From Acidimicrobiia bacterium (GTDB lineage: Bacteria > Actinomycetota > Acidimicrobiia > Spongiisociales > ZC4RG35), in the NCBI GenBank assembly GCA_050741915.1, contig JBOGEX010000057.1, positions 4,856-68,855 on the forward strand: 64,000 bases of DNA, written 5' to 3'. The notes under the pieces were generated by a model, which saw nothing but the letters and a program-made list of their open reading frames with translations, ran no database searches and was not told the origin of the DNA. The translations under genes and the position numbers were made by a program. Shown piece after piece: positions 10,718 through 20,903 of the stretch; the stretch's first letter is position 1, and each line of letters starts with the position of its first letter.

Positions 10718-10767
10718 CGGCGCAAAGTCTACGGGACCGGTTACGACGGGTGGGGTCGCCCATTCTC

Positions 10768-10819
10768 AGAAATTTGTTGCAGGGCGACCGTCTCCCAGCA
10801 AATCTGTTGCAGGGCGACC
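10768..10819 (-). promoter_or_regulatory. Two 30-nt-phased direct repeats upstream of the acyl-CoA dehydrogenase gene (candidate operator)
   Basis: aaatttgttgcagggcgacc (10770-10789) and aaatctgttgcagggcgacc (10800-10819). The 15-nt core TGTTGCAGGGCGACC is identical. An inverted GGTCGCCC lies at 10755-10762. The repeats sit 53-100 nt upstream of the ATG at 10717. Confidence 0.45.
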
Positions 10820-10867
10820 AGGGGCCGGTCGTGGTGCGCCGAATTTGGCTTGGAACTTGGCGGGAGG

Positions 10868-11656
10868 TTACGAGGAGAACGCAACGGCAAAAGCCGCCGA
10901 CCACCGGCCCATGAGGTTGGTGTAGTGGAGTCCGGCTTCGTCGGGATTACCGGCGGCAAGGGCGTCGATCGATGCCCACACTTCGGTCGCCGACTCGTCG
11001 AGTGCCAGGTCGGCGCTGCTGAAGAGCTCGGCCACGGTTCCGTAATCGAGCTCCAGCATCGAGTCGGATGGAAACTCTCCGAGCCAGGACGACAGATGCC
11101 CGAGCTCGACGATAAGGCTTTCGGGAAGTTGGGCCCGCGTGAGTACGGACGCGGCCTGGTTTGCTCGTTGGATCGCCGGAGGCAGTGGGCTGCGATAGCG
11201 AATCGATCCATGGTCAGTTCCGTCTTCGTTCTCTCGCTGTTCGTAGATACGTTGCTCGGGCGCGAATGGAACGAACCAACGCAAGGGGACATGCCACGCC
11301 GACGTGAGGATTTGCGACTTCATGTCCGGCTCGGACGCTCGCAGCTTGCGCAACTCACGATCGGCCTGACGGGCGACCTCCTCGGGGACAATCGTCACTC
11401 GACCCATGACCTCGAACGCGTTATACAGGGCGAGGACACCTTCCAGCATGCGGAGCTGTGGGCGACGCGGACAAACGAAACGACCACCCCGCCATTCGGT
11501 GATCCAAGCGTCCTCAATCATCGACTCGCCGATAAAGCCGTACGGCTCCCATCGCCTCGTGCGACGCGGGCTCGATTCGGGATGTTTATCCCATGCTCGG
11601 ATGCGATCCTCGGGAAGATATACCCGCAAATACGCTGACTTGATCACGTTGATCAT
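10868..11656 (-). CDS. Conserved-looking hypothetical protein
   Basis: ORF 10868..12502 trimmed to ATG 11656 (MINVIKSAYLRVYLPED), because the upstream part is antisense to the E1 gene. No recognisable domain. Confidence 0.6.
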   Translation of the reverse strand: MINVIKSAYLRVYLPEDRIRAWDKHPESSPRRTRRWEPYGFIGESMIEDAWITEWRGGRFVCPRRPQLRMLEGVLALYNAFEVMGRVTIVPEEVARQADRELRKLRASEPDMKSQILTSAWHVPLRWFVPFAPEQRIYEQRENEDGTDHGSIRYRSPLPPAIQRANQAASVLTRAQLPESLIVELGHLSSWLGEFPSDSMLELDYGTVAELFSSADLALDESATEVWASIDALAAGNPDEAGLHYTNLMGRWSAAFAVAFSS

Positions 11657-11737
11657 CCTATGTTCTGGTTGGTCAGAATCAGTGTCCGTTAGAATCGCGG
11701 CCAAAAGGAGTAGCCCGCTGATCGACGCCCTGAGCGC

Positions 11738-13765
11738 ATGAGCTGGATGCAACGGGACGTTCATCATCGAGACCTGGGTCTTTCCGACTCCCAAATGCTC
11801 GAGATGTACCGGCTCATGCTGGAAACGCGACGGGTCGACGATCGCATGTTTGCGCTCAATCGTCAGGGGCGGGCTCCCTTCGTCGTCGGCTCCTCCGGCC
11901 ACGAAGCCGTGCAAGTTGCCTCGGCTTTTGCCCTCGATCGCGAGAAGGACTGGGTGCTTCCCTATTACCGCGACATGGGAGTCGCCCTGGCGTGGGGAAT
12001 GAGCCTCGACGACGTGTTCCTGGCGGTGTTTGCCCGAGCCGCCGATGGCTTCTCCGGTGGTCGCCAGCTTCCCAATCACTGGTCGGATCGAGATCTCCGG
12101 GTCTTTACCCAGTCCTCGTGCATCGGTACTCAATACCCCCACGCCGCCGGTATCGCCAAGGCCCTCCAGATCCTGGGTGACGACGCGGTAGTCGCGGTCT
12201 ACGGTGGTGAGGGTTCGACATCCGAAGGTGATTGGCATGAAGCCGTCAACTTCGCCGGCATCCATCGGCTCCCGGTCGTCTTCATCACCGAGAACAATCG
12301 TTATGCCATCTCGGTGCCGAGCACGGAGGAAATAGCGGGATCGATCAGCGGGAGAGGTCGTGGCTACGGGATGCACGGTCGACGGATCGACGGCAACGAC
12401 GCTCTCGAGGTGTTTCGCACCGTCAAGGATGCCGTCGAGAGAGCACGCCGGGGCGAGGGTCCAAGCCTGATCGAAGCAGAAACCTACCGCTATTACGCCC
12501 ATACCTCTGATGACGACGACCGCCTCTACCGGAGCCGGGAAGAGGTGGAGGAGTGGCGCCGCCAGGACCCGGTCGTGACCATGAAGCAGTACTTGATCGA
12601 AGAACGTCTGCTCTCCGAGGCCGACGAGAAACGAATCAACCAGGAAGTCACCGCCGCCGTTCTCGCCGCGGTGGATAAAGCCGAATCGTCAGCCGCCCCC
12701 GACGACCCCTACAGCCACGTTTATGCGCGAGTGATCGACCCAGGACCGGCCGCCACCGTTCCCGAACCTGCCGCCCATGGGCCGGTCATCAACCTCATCA
12801 CAGCCATCAACCGTTCCCTCCACGACGTCATGGAGGCGCATCCGGAGACAGTCGTGTTCGGCGAGGACGTGGCCGGAAAGAAGGGCGGAGTCTTCAAAGC
12901 CACCGAGGGACTGACGGAGCGCTTCGGATCCGGTCGTTGCTTCAACACCCCGATCTCCGAATCGCTCATCGCCGGTCTGGCGGTGGGGATGGGCGCTACC
13001 AATCTGCGCCCTATCGCCGAGATTCAGTTCGCCGACTACATCCATCCCGCCTTCGACCAACTCGTGTCCGAGGCGGCCCGGATCTCATACCGCTCCAACG
13101 GGCAATGGACCTGCCCGATCGTCGTCCGGGTCCCCTTCGGCGGAGGCATTCACGGAGCGCTGTACCACTCTCAGTCGATCGAGAGCTACTACGCCCACGT
13201 GCCGGGGCTGAAAGTGGTGATTCCTTCGACCCCGGCCGACTTCAAGGGACTGCTGGCCACCGCGGCAGAGGATCCTGACCCGGTGATGATCCTCGAACCG
13301 AAGAAGCTATACCGACTGGTGAAAGGCCCTTACCCGGAGGGCGAGTGGAAGGTGCCTTTGGGAAAGGCATCGATCCGCCAGAACGGGACGGACCTGACGA
13401 TTCTCACGTACGGAGCGATGGTCCATTACACGATGGAAGCCGTACCGGCCCTGTCCGAACTCGGGATCTCTGCCGAGGTGATCGATCTCCGTAGTTTGCG
13501 TCCCCTCGACTGGCCGACGATCGAGGCGTCGGTGAGGAAGACCAGCCGGGTACTCATCATTCACGAGGACAACGAGTTCGTCGGATACGGAGCCGAACTG
13601 GCGGCTCAGATCGCTGACAAGACCTTCGAATGGCTCGACGCTCCCGTCCGTCGCTATGCCCTCGGCGAAGTTCCGGCCTTCCCGTATGCCCAGGAACTTG
13701 AGGACATGCTTTATCCCAACCCGGAGGGGATAATCCGACATGCCCAGGAGCTCGCCAAGTACTAA
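11738..13765 (+). CDS. 2-oxoacid dehydrogenase E1 component, fused alpha/beta subunits (TPP-dependent)
   Basis: The alpha part has GEGSTSEGDWHEAVNFA and ITENNRYAIS. The beta part has FGEDVAGKKGGVFKAT, CFNTPISE and IQFADYI. Confidence 0.9.
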   Translation: MSWMQRDVHHRDLGLSDSQMLEMYRLMLETRRVDDRMFALNRQGRAPFVVGSSGHEAVQVASAFALDREKDWVLPYYRDMGVALAWGMSLDDVFLAVFARAADGFSGGRQLPNHWSDRDLRVFTQSSCIGTQYPHAAGIAKALQILGDDAVVAVYGGEGSTSEGDWHEAVNFAGIHRLPVVFITENNRYAISVPSTEEIAGSISGRGRGYGMHGRRIDGNDALEVFRTVKDAVERARRGEGPSLIEAETYRYYAHTSDDDDRLYRSREEVEEWRRQDPVVTMKQYLIEERLLSEADEKRINQEVTAAVLAAVDKAESSAAPDDPYSHVYARVIDPGPAATVPEPAAHGPVINLITAINRSLHDVMEAHPETVVFGEDVAGKKGGVFKATEGLTERFGSGRCFNTPISESLIAGLAVGMGATNLRPIAEIQFADYIHPAFDQLVSEAARISYRSNGQWTCPIVVRVPFGGGIHGALYHSQSIESYYAHVPGLKVVIPSTPADFKGLLATAAEDPDPVMILEPKKLYRLVKGPYPEGEWKVPLGKASIRQNGTDLTILTYGAMVHYTMEAVPALSELGISAEVIDLRSLRPLDWPTIEASVRKTSRVLIIHEDNEFVGYGAELAAQIADKTFEWLDAPVRRYALGEVPAFPYAQELEDMLYPNPEGIIRHAQELAKY

Positions 13766-15368
13766 CCCCGCCCGGGTCGACCCTCGGACTGTCGAAGTGG
13801 TGGAGCTTGACCGCGTACTCCAGGACTCGCCAACGCCCGGTCCCCGCCCCAACCGTTGGGCGATTCTTCTCGGGATCGTCGTTCTCGGCCTCGTCGGGCT
13901 GAGCCTGCTGCCGGCTTCGGACCTCGCCCCCCCGAGCGCCGATGCCACTTTGCCCGACCCGGCGGTGGCAACGACTCTGGTGGGGAGTCGTCAGCCCCGA
14001 ATTGCGTTCATCAGTGACGAAACGTTCCCGATGTTTGTCGTCACTGGACTCAAAGGCTTCGTCAGCCTGACCGAACCCGTCTCCTTCGATGGAAGATGGT
14101 GGATCATCGGCAACCGGCCCGACGTTGGCGCGGCCGCTGTCCTCTCTTCGGAGGACGGACGCCTTTGGGATATGGCCTCGGAGATACCGGGCGAAGGGGG
14201 CCTATCGATCCGCATCGATCAGCTCGCAACCGTCGATGATGCTCTGATCGCAGTTGGCAGCGAGGGGAGTTTTATCGGCCCGACGTTCTCCTCGGTTCTA
14301 GCGGGCAATCTCAGCCTATGGCGGTCGGGGGATGGCGTGCGCTGGATTCCGGAGATGATCGATCCCGGAGACCCCAATCTGGCGTTCACCGACATCCAGC
14401 TCGCGGTCAGCGATCGGTCGGCGGTGCTGTACGCAGTGGTCGATTCGACCGCGGCGGCCACCGCCGCGGCCCGCCTTCCGAACCACGTTGTCTCCGGCTT
14501 AGCGAGCGCCCGGTTCAGCCTTCGACCTCAGGGAACCCGCCTCATCGCTACCGGACCTCTCGACATTCAGATAGCAGAAGCTCCCATGACACGGGTGTCA
14601 CAGGCCTCTTCCACCCGTCTCTTTCGCTCGGAGTCCTTGACGGAATGGACCGAGATCGACATCCAGTTCGACGTCAGCGGCAGCATCGTCGCCGCTCCGG
14701 ATGGCGGCTTCTTGACCGGTACAGGAGGGGTTCCGTGGACTTCTGCCTACGGAGTCATCTGGAACCCAAATCCAAGAGCCTATAGCGACTTCGGCTATGA
14801 ACGGTGGGACGACGAGGTGATTCTTGGCTTCTCTCTTGTCGGCAGTAGTCACATGATCGATTTCATCGACGCCGAGGGAACTCTGTCTGTCCAACTTCCG
14901 TCCGAGATGGTGCTCTGCTCGATCAAGGGATCTAATCAGTTGCTGGCGGCGGCTTGCACAACTCCGATGACGTCACCGCGGCCTGTGCAGTGGAACGGGT
15001 TCGAGCTCAGCTCCGACGATCCCAACTGGCTCGAGCTCAGAGATCCGGCCATTTCGTCGGTACGCCAATTTCCACTGCAACGTGTGGCCGGCATCTATGA
15101 CGCTGAAGCAGACACCATCTCCCTGGCCGATACCCGCGGCGTTAGGGAAACCTTCCCGGTCGAAGTTCTTCGGCAACTGGACGGGGACACGCGTACGGCT
15201 CGCTACGCCACCATGCTCAGCGAGGAAGGGCTGACCTGGTCGCGCAGCCAGATCGCCCTGCGGGCCGGGGAGTTCCAGCTTATGGGAGGCGTCAGTGATG
15301 GTTTTTTGGTTGGCATTCGGTCCTCTGAGCCAGGTGCGACCTTTACGGTGCTGGCCGCCGACTTCTGA
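13740..15368 (+). CDS. Hypothetical membrane-anchored extracytoplasmic protein
   Basis: 542-aa ORF with a single N-terminal TM (WAILLGIVVLGLVGLSLL). No recognisable domain, and the start is uncertain. Confidence 0.6.
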   Translation: MPRSSPSTNPARVDPRTVEVVELDRVLQDSPTPGPRPNRWAILLGIVVLGLVGLSLLPASDLAPPSADATLPDPAVATTLVGSRQPRIAFISDETFPMFVVTGLKGFVSLTEPVSFDGRWWIIGNRPDVGAAAVLSSEDGRLWDMASEIPGEGGLSIRIDQLATVDDALIAVGSEGSFIGPTFSSVLAGNLSLWRSGDGVRWIPEMIDPGDPNLAFTDIQLAVSDRSAVLYAVVDSTAAATAAARLPNHVVSGLASARFSLRPQGTRLIATGPLDIQIAEAPMTRVSQASSTRLFRSESLTEWTEIDIQFDVSGSIVAAPDGGFLTGTGGVPWTSAYGVIWNPNPRAYSDFGYERWDDEVILGFSLVGSSHMIDFIDAEGTLSVQLPSEMVLCSIKGSNQLLAAACTTPMTSPRPVQWNGFELSSDDPNWLELRDPAISSVRQFPLQRVAGIYDAEADTISLADTRGVRETFPVEVLRQLDGDTRTARYATMLSEEGLTWSRSQIALRAGEFQLMGGVSDGFLVGIRSSEPGATFTVLAADF

Positions 15369-17131
15369 TGTCGCTTCTCACCGAGTTGTCCGATCTGGTT
15401 GGCAAAGCCTTCGGTGACTTGGGACTTGACCACTCCTTCGGTCAGGTCCAGGTTTCGTCGCGTCCCGAGCTCTCCCAATTCCAGGGCAACGGAGCAATGG
15501 CGGCGGCCAAATCTGCCGGTCGCTCCCCCCGCGAGCTGGCTCAGGAGGTGGTCGAGCGGCTTCGCACTCAGTCTTCGATCCTCAAGAGCGCTGAGGTCGC
15601 TGGCCCCGGGTTTATCAACCTATCCATCACCGACGAAACGCTCGCTCGGTTTGTCAACTCGACCAGTGACGACCCCCGCCTCGGGGTGCCGAAAGCCGAC
15701 CCCGCCCAAGTTGTGCTGGTCGACTATGCCGGACCCAATGTTGCCAAGGCGATGCATGTTGGGCACCTCCGCGCCACCATCATCGGCGATTCGCTCGCCC
15801 GCCTCTTCCGTTTTCTCGGCCACCTCGTAATCCGCGACCCCCACTTTGGCGACTGGGGATTGCAAATGGGTCAGGTGATCGCGGCCATCGAAGAGAAGTG
15901 GCCCGACCTCCCCTACTTCCACTCGGAGGGGCCTTATCCAGAAAGCTCACCGGTGACTCTCGAGGACCTGCAGGAGCTCTATCCGGTTTCGGCGGCCCGG
16001 ACCGAGACCGACGAAGCGTGGGCCGATCGGGCGCGGCAAATCACCATCGACCTCCAGCAAGGTCATCTTGGTTACCGGGCTCTCTGGCGTCATATGAAGA
16101 CCGTCTCGGAAAAAAGCCAGCAGCAAGACTTTGCTCATCTCGGCGTCGAGTTCGACCTCTGGTTTGGCGAGTCCGACGTCGCCGATCAGCTTGGTCCGTT
16201 GGTGGATGACCTGCGGATGCGAGGACTGGCCACGGAAAGCCGGGGAGCACTCATCCTTTCGGTCGGAGAGGAGGGGGACAGTCGCGATCTCCCACCCTTG
16301 ATTCTCGAGACCTCGAAAGGGGCATACCTCTACGCCACCACCGACCTGGCGACAATCGATCACCGGATCCGCGATCTCGGCATCGACCTTGCCCTCTACG
16401 TAGTCGACGCCCGCCAGTCGGATCATTTCCACCTGCTGTTTCGGGCGGCCCGCAAGGCCGGCATTGCCGGCAATCAGGTAGGCCTCGAGCACATTCGTTT
16501 CGGAACGATGAACGGCCCCGACGGCAAGCCGTTCAAGACCAGGGCGGGCGGGATTGTCGCCCTCTCCGACTTGATCGAGATGATCACCACCGCCGCCCGG
16601 GAACGCCTGCACGACGCCGACATCGCTCAGGCTTACCCCGATGCGGAGCGGGAAGAAATCGCTCGCCAGGTAGGGGTGGCCGCCCTCAAGTTTGGCGACC
16701 TCATCAACAACCGCCTCTCCGACTACTTGTTCGATCTCGATCGCTTCTCATCATTCGAAGGAAAGACCGGCCCTTACCTCCAGTACGGAGTGGTTCGAAT
16801 TCAATCGATCGAGCGACGCGCGGCCGCGTTGGGACTGGAGGCGGGCCCGGTGCAGCCGCCTTCGGTCGATGCCGAACGCAACCTGATGCTGGCACTGCTG
16901 CGCCTGCCCGAGGTCGCGGCCAGGGCTGCCGAATTGCGAGCACCCAATCATCTGGCCGAGTACGCCTACGACCTAACCGCGATCTGGAACCGCTTTTACG
17001 AGACCTGCCGCATCATCGACGAACCCGACGAACACCGGCGGGGGTCTTGGATCACTCTCGCCGGGCTGACTCGCCGGGTGTTGGTGACGGTGCTTGATCT
17101 ATTAGGGATCGAAGTCCCGGAGCGGATGTGA
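15368..17131 (+). CDS. argS: Arginine--tRNA ligase
   Basis: Class I HIGH-type motif NVAKAMHVGHLR, typical ArgS length, and a C-terminal ...VPERM. The ATG overlaps the upstream TGA. Confidence 0.93.
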   Translation: MSLLTELSDLVGKAFGDLGLDHSFGQVQVSSRPELSQFQGNGAMAAAKSAGRSPRELAQEVVERLRTQSSILKSAEVAGPGFINLSITDETLARFVNSTSDDPRLGVPKADPAQVVLVDYAGPNVAKAMHVGHLRATIIGDSLARLFRFLGHLVIRDPHFGDWGLQMGQVIAAIEEKWPDLPYFHSEGPYPESSPVTLEDLQELYPVSAARTETDEAWADRARQITIDLQQGHLGYRALWRHMKTVSEKSQQQDFAHLGVEFDLWFGESDVADQLGPLVDDLRMRGLATESRGALILSVGEEGDSRDLPPLILETSKGAYLYATTDLATIDHRIRDLGIDLALYVVDARQSDHFHLLFRAARKAGIAGNQVGLEHIRFGTMNGPDGKPFKTRAGGIVALSDLIEMITTAARERLHDADIAQAYPDAEREEIARQVGVAALKFGDLINNRLSDYLFDLDRFSSFEGKTGPYLQYGVVRIQSIERRAAALGLEAGPVQPPSVDAERNLMLALLRLPEVAARAAELRAPNHLAEYAYDLTAIWNRFYETCRIIDEPDEHRRGSWITLAGLTRRVLVTVLDLLGIEVPERM

Positions 17132-18009
17132 GCGAACCACCGGTCTTGCTCAGGCCTGGCAGACCGGAGGACCTGGAGGCGATCAGGGAGTTCACCACCG
17201 GCACCTTCGCCTGGGGCGACTATGTGCCTGACCGCTATCTCGCCTGGCTTGAGGAGGAGTCGGGGGCGGTTCTTGTGGCGACCGATCGGGTCGATCGGGC
17301 GGTGGCAATAGTTCATGTGCAGAAGATGTCGGCCCGCGAGGGATTCCTGTCGGCGGCGCGAGTGCATCCCGACCACCAGCGACAGGGGATCGGCTCGCTC
17401 TTGAACGGAGCTTCGGTGGATCTGCTGCGGGCGCAGGGAGCAGTGGTCGTGCGTCTCACTACCGAGGAGAACAACGAGGCCGCGCGGAAGCAGGTCGAAA
17501 AGCTTGGCTACCGACCAGTCGCTCGCTTCGTCATGGCCGAGCGGACCTTCGAGCGGCACGGGAGCGAGGCGAACGGCGGGCGGAGATTGCCGGGACCGGA
17601 ACGATTCGACCTGGCCCCGGCCGCGGAGGCGGAGCCCGCCTTCATGGTGTGGACGACCGGAGAGTCGAACCGCGCCGGTCACGGCCTTTACCCTCGCGAT
17701 GGTTGGTCGTTTTGCCGACTAGCCCTTGAAGACCTGGTGCGGAGCGCTCGGCAGCGAAGACTCTGGACCTCGCCGTCGGGTTGGGCCGTAGCAACTCAGG
17801 ACGGCACCGATCTTTGGGTTTCTCTTCTCCTCACCACCGCCGACGAGGCCGACCGGGCGGTGCGGGCTTTGATCGACCTGGCCGAGGAGATGAAGGTCGA
17901 GTGGATGGGAGTGTTGGTGTCGCGGGTTCCCTGGATCGAAGAAGCCCTCCAAAGCGAGCACCTCACACTCAACTATCCCAACATCATCTATGAAAGAGCC
18001 ATCGACTAG
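17128..18009 (+). CDS. GNAT-family N-acetyltransferase
   Basis: Acetyl-CoA motif QRQGIGSLL. GTGA overlap with the argS stop. Confidence 0.75.
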   Translation: MSEPPVLLRPGRPEDLEAIREFTTGTFAWGDYVPDRYLAWLEEESGAVLVATDRVDRAVAIVHVQKMSAREGFLSAARVHPDHQRQGIGSLLNGASVDLLRAQGAVVVRLTTEENNEAARKQVEKLGYRPVARFVMAERTFERHGSEANGGRRLPGPERFDLAPAAEAEPAFMVWTTGESNRAGHGLYPRDGWSFCRLALEDLVRSARQRRLWTSPSGWAVATQDGTDLWVSLLLTTADEADRAVRALIDLAEEMKVEWMGVLVSRVPWIEEALQSEHLTLNYPNIIYERAID

Positions 18010-18506
18010 GTCAGGGCGAGCAGAGCTACCACCCAGACGGTGAACATCACCGGGAGCTCGAGTTCGATGCCCTCGCGGCCCAGGAATCGGCGGATGACCC
18101 AGGCCAATGGCACCCCAAAGAGCGGCACGGGCCACAGCCCCGCCACTCCCGCCCTATCCATCAACTCGACACCTCGCATAAGTGGGGCAGGAAAGTCCTC
18201 AACAATCGGATCGAGAGAGCCCGCGGCGAAGATCAGGATCGCTCCCACCAAGATCGACATCACCGCTCGCGCGATTGCTCGCTCCCACTCGTTGTTGACC
18301 CAAACCAGATTGTCACGACGGGCGGGCCCCTCGGAGGCGATTCCCATCAGGAAGGTCCCGGCCACCGCCAGCACCATCGCCGTCACCAGCCCTGATCCGG
18401 TCGAAAGACCGCTGTCGCGATCTACCAGATCGAAGGAGGCGAGGACGAGAGAGATGCCGAGTCCGGCCAGGGCGGCCCCAAGAGCGAAGAGGCCGAGGTC
18501 GAGCAT
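18006..18506 (-). CDS. Small multi-pass membrane protein
   Basis: Four or five hydrophobic segments. ORF 18006..18905 trimmed because its 5' part overlaps glcF. An alternative GTG start at 18593 would overlap the glcF stop by 8 nt. Confidence 0.55.
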   Translation of the reverse strand: MLDLGLFALGAALAGLGISLVLASFDLVDRDSGLSTGSGLVTAMVLAVAGTFLMGIASEGPARRDNLVWVNNEWERAIARAVMSILVGAILIFAAGSLDPIVEDFPAPLMRGVELMDRAGVAGLWPVPLFGVPLAWVIRRFLGREGIELELPVMFTVWVVALLALT

Positions 18507-18585
18507 GGTCGCAAAGCTGTTGGCCACCAGCCGGGTGTAGTAGCGCCATCCCCCTCTGGTGTGTCCAACGACGGCGGGGGTGGTT

Positions 18586-19812
18586 TCAACCACGTGACAT
18601 CGCTGGCATCGCCTCATGGGAGCGTATCGCCTCCAGATACAGCTCGATGGGATGAGCAACGCGTAAACCCGGGTCGAGATACGTCCGAATCTGCATCTCG
18701 CATCCTGGGTTGGAGGTGGCGACCACTTCTCCCCGACCGTCGATGAGGCTGGCGAGCCGCTCGCCGAGCTCACGGGACGTTGCCGGCCGGAGCAGGCTGT
18801 AGATCCCGGCCGCCCCACAGCAAAGGCCCTCGGGATCGGCATCGGTGATCTGATAACCGGCGGCGGCCAGAATCTGGCGGGGAGGCACGGTGCAGCGCTG
18901 AGCATGGCGGAGGTGGCAGGGATCGTGGAGCACCACCGTCCCCCTGCTGGTGGCGACGGACGGCAGCTTTCCCGCGGAGATGAGCTCGGCGATCACCTCG
19001 GTGATATCGGCCGCTCTCGAAGCGATGTGAGATCCTTCGCCAACCACCTTGCCGTAGCTCTTGAGGTGAGCACTGCAACCGGCGGCCGTTGCTACCACTC
19101 GATGGAGCCCTGCGAAGGCCGTGACGTTGAGAGACGCCAAGCGACGACCTTCTTCGATTCCGCCGTCATGGACGACCAGAGCGCCACAACATGTCTGGCC
19201 CTCGGGCATGACGACGCGGTGGCCCGCTTGCGTCAGGAGATCGACAGCGGCGGCATTAACTCCACTGAACCACTTGCTCATCACACAACCCACCAGCAAG
19301 CCGATGGTGGGGCCAGTGCCGTTCGACTTCGCTGCCCGTATCGGGGTCAGCGGGCGGAGCCCCCGCAAACCTCTCCCGAAGCGACCCGGAACCAACCGAC
19401 CCACGCCCAGACGTTGGACAAGGCGAGCGCCGTCGGTGGCCAGGCCGACCAGCCCCCGGTTGCCGAGAAAGCGACCGAGCAGCCAGTGTCGCAGGCGACG
19501 CTTGGTCGTGGGCCGCTGAACTGCGATCTCGGCTCGGGCTCCTTCCATGGCCCGTCCAAAGGGGACCATGCTCGGGCAGACCGCCTCGCACGCTCGGCAG
19601 TTGAGACAGAACGTCATTGCCTCTTCGAAATCGTCGTCGAGATCGATGACCCCTTCGGCGACGGCCTTCATCGCCGCGATCCGTCCTCGCGGACTGGCGC
19701 TCTCGAGACCGGTCAGCCGGAACGTCGGACAGTGGGGAAGACAGAGCCCGCAGGCGACGCAGGTGTTGAGTTCGGCAGTGGTGGGAGCAAAGTCCGTGAC
19801 CCAAACGGCCAT
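18586..19812 (-). CDS. glcF: Glycolate oxidase iron-sulfur subunit / (Fe-S)-binding CCG-domain protein
   Basis: Two ferredoxin-type motifs, CVACGLCLPHCP and CLNCRACEAVCP. C-terminal Cys-rich CCG repeats (CCG at two sites). Confidence 0.88.
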   Translation of the reverse strand: MAVWVTDFAPTTAELNTCVACGLCLPHCPTFRLTGLESASPRGRIAAMKAVAEGVIDLDDDFEEAMTFCLNCRACEAVCPSMVPFGRAMEGARAEIAVQRPTTKRRLRHWLLGRFLGNRGLVGLATDGARLVQRLGVGRLVPGRFGRGLRGLRPLTPIRAAKSNGTGPTIGLLVGCVMSKWFSGVNAAAVDLLTQAGHRVVMPEGQTCCGALVVHDGGIEEGRRLASLNVTAFAGLHRVVATAAGCSAHLKSYGKVVGEGSHIASRAADITEVIAELISAGKLPSVATSRGTVVLHDPCHLRHAQRCTVPPRQILAAAGYQITDADPEGLCCGAAGIYSLLRPATSRELGERLASLIDGRGEVVATSNPGCEMQIRTYLDPGLRVAHPIELYLEAIRSHEAMPAMSRG

Positions 19813-19814
19813 GG

Positions 19815-20903
19815 CTAGATGCGTCCGGGCAGGCGCCCAGGGTTGAGGATGCGGGCGGGGTCGAAGGCGGAGGCGAGGCGAGCCTGGATGTCGATTCCGG
19901 AAGGGGCGCTTCCCCAGGGTTCGAAGTCTCCAGCGGGCGGTCTTTGCGTCACCACCAGGTGGCCACCGCCTGCCTCGGCCCTCCGTCGCAACTCGTCCAT
20001 TCCTTCGGTGTCATCGGTGGCAAAGGAGATCTCGCCGATTCCGACCTGGTGGATGAAGCCGGCCGGTATCGCCCCGACGAAATCGGAGGCCGATACCGGA
20101 GAAACCCGCAACGACCAGGTCCAGGACCCCAGCGGCAACCCGGGCCAGGCCAGACCGGGCGTGCTCTCGCCGGAGAGGCGGGTCACCTGGGCCGACACCT
20201 CTTCCTCGGTGCCGGCGAGGTAAACGCTGGTTCCTTCCGCACTCTGCAGCACGGCCAAAGGTCGATGTACTTCTCCGTTGAATGTGCCCTCGATGGCGAC
20301 AGTGGCCGTCGACCGTGGAAGGGGCCAGAGCTTGAGACACGCCGACACGATCACCCCCAGGCGTCCGAACGAACCCACGGCAAGTCGGGCCAGGTCGTAG
20401 CCGGTCACGTTCTTCACCACCCGCCCTCCCGCTCGCACCACCCGGCCATCACCCGTGACGATGGTCACTTCCAGGATGCGATCGCGGGTCGGGCCGAACC
20501 GACCGCGCCGATAGCCGGAGATGCCGACGGCGAGTGCTCCGCCCACCGTTCCTTGCCCGGGAACCTCGGCCAATACTGCGGTCTGGCCCCGGCCGACCAA
20601 CTGAGCTTCGAGATCGGCCACCTTCATCCCCCCCTCGACGACGACAGTGAGATCGTCCGGCTCCCAATCGATGATCGCCTGCAGACGGTCGGTGAAGATC
20701 ACCAGATCGGGCTCGACCGGATAGCCATAACCCTGGTGAGTCCCTCCGCCCCAGACGAGCACCTGGCGGGCATCGCCCGATGCTTCGGCGAGCGTCTCGG
20801 ACAGTTCTTCCGTCGAAGCAGGGTGCCGGTGCTCGATATCGACCGGTGCCTCGAGCTGGCGGGCAATCCGAGCCGAGGACGCCCGTATGCTCGTCACACC
20901 CAT
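19815..20903 (-). CDS. glcE: Glycolate oxidase FAD-binding subunit
   Basis: FAD-binding PCMH-type N-terminal region (VLVWGGGTHQGYG). Start trimmed to ATG 20903, overlapping the glcD end by 10 nt. Confidence 0.85.
   Translation of the reverse strand: MGVTSIRASSARIARQLEAPVDIEHRHPASTEELSETLAEASGDARQVLVWGGGTHQGYGYPVEPDLVIFTDRLQAIIDWEPDDLTVVVEGGMKVADLEAQLVGRGQTAVLAEVPGQGTVGGALAVGISGYRRGRFGPTRDRILEVTIVTGDGRVVRAGGRVVKNVTGYDLARLAVGSFGRLGVIVSACLKLWPLPRSTATVAIEGTFNGEVHRPLAVLQSAEGTSVYLAGTEEEVSAQVTRLSGESTPGLAWPGLPLGSWTWSLRVSPVSASDFVGAIPAGFIHQVGIGEISFATDDTEGMDELRRRAEAGGGHLVVTQRPPAGDFEPWGSAPSGIDIQARLASAFDPARILNPGRLPGRI

Noticed and set aside
10868-12502. Very long N-terminal extensions in the ORF track. 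Examples are 10868..12502, 18006..18905, 19815..21113, 34473..36458, 35100..37037, 42792..43634, 60026..60856 and 62611..63843.
   Set aside because: The extensions run through neighbouring well-supported genes. Family-typical N-termini with plausible start codons, often overlapping the upstream stop, lie further in, so the genes were trimmed.
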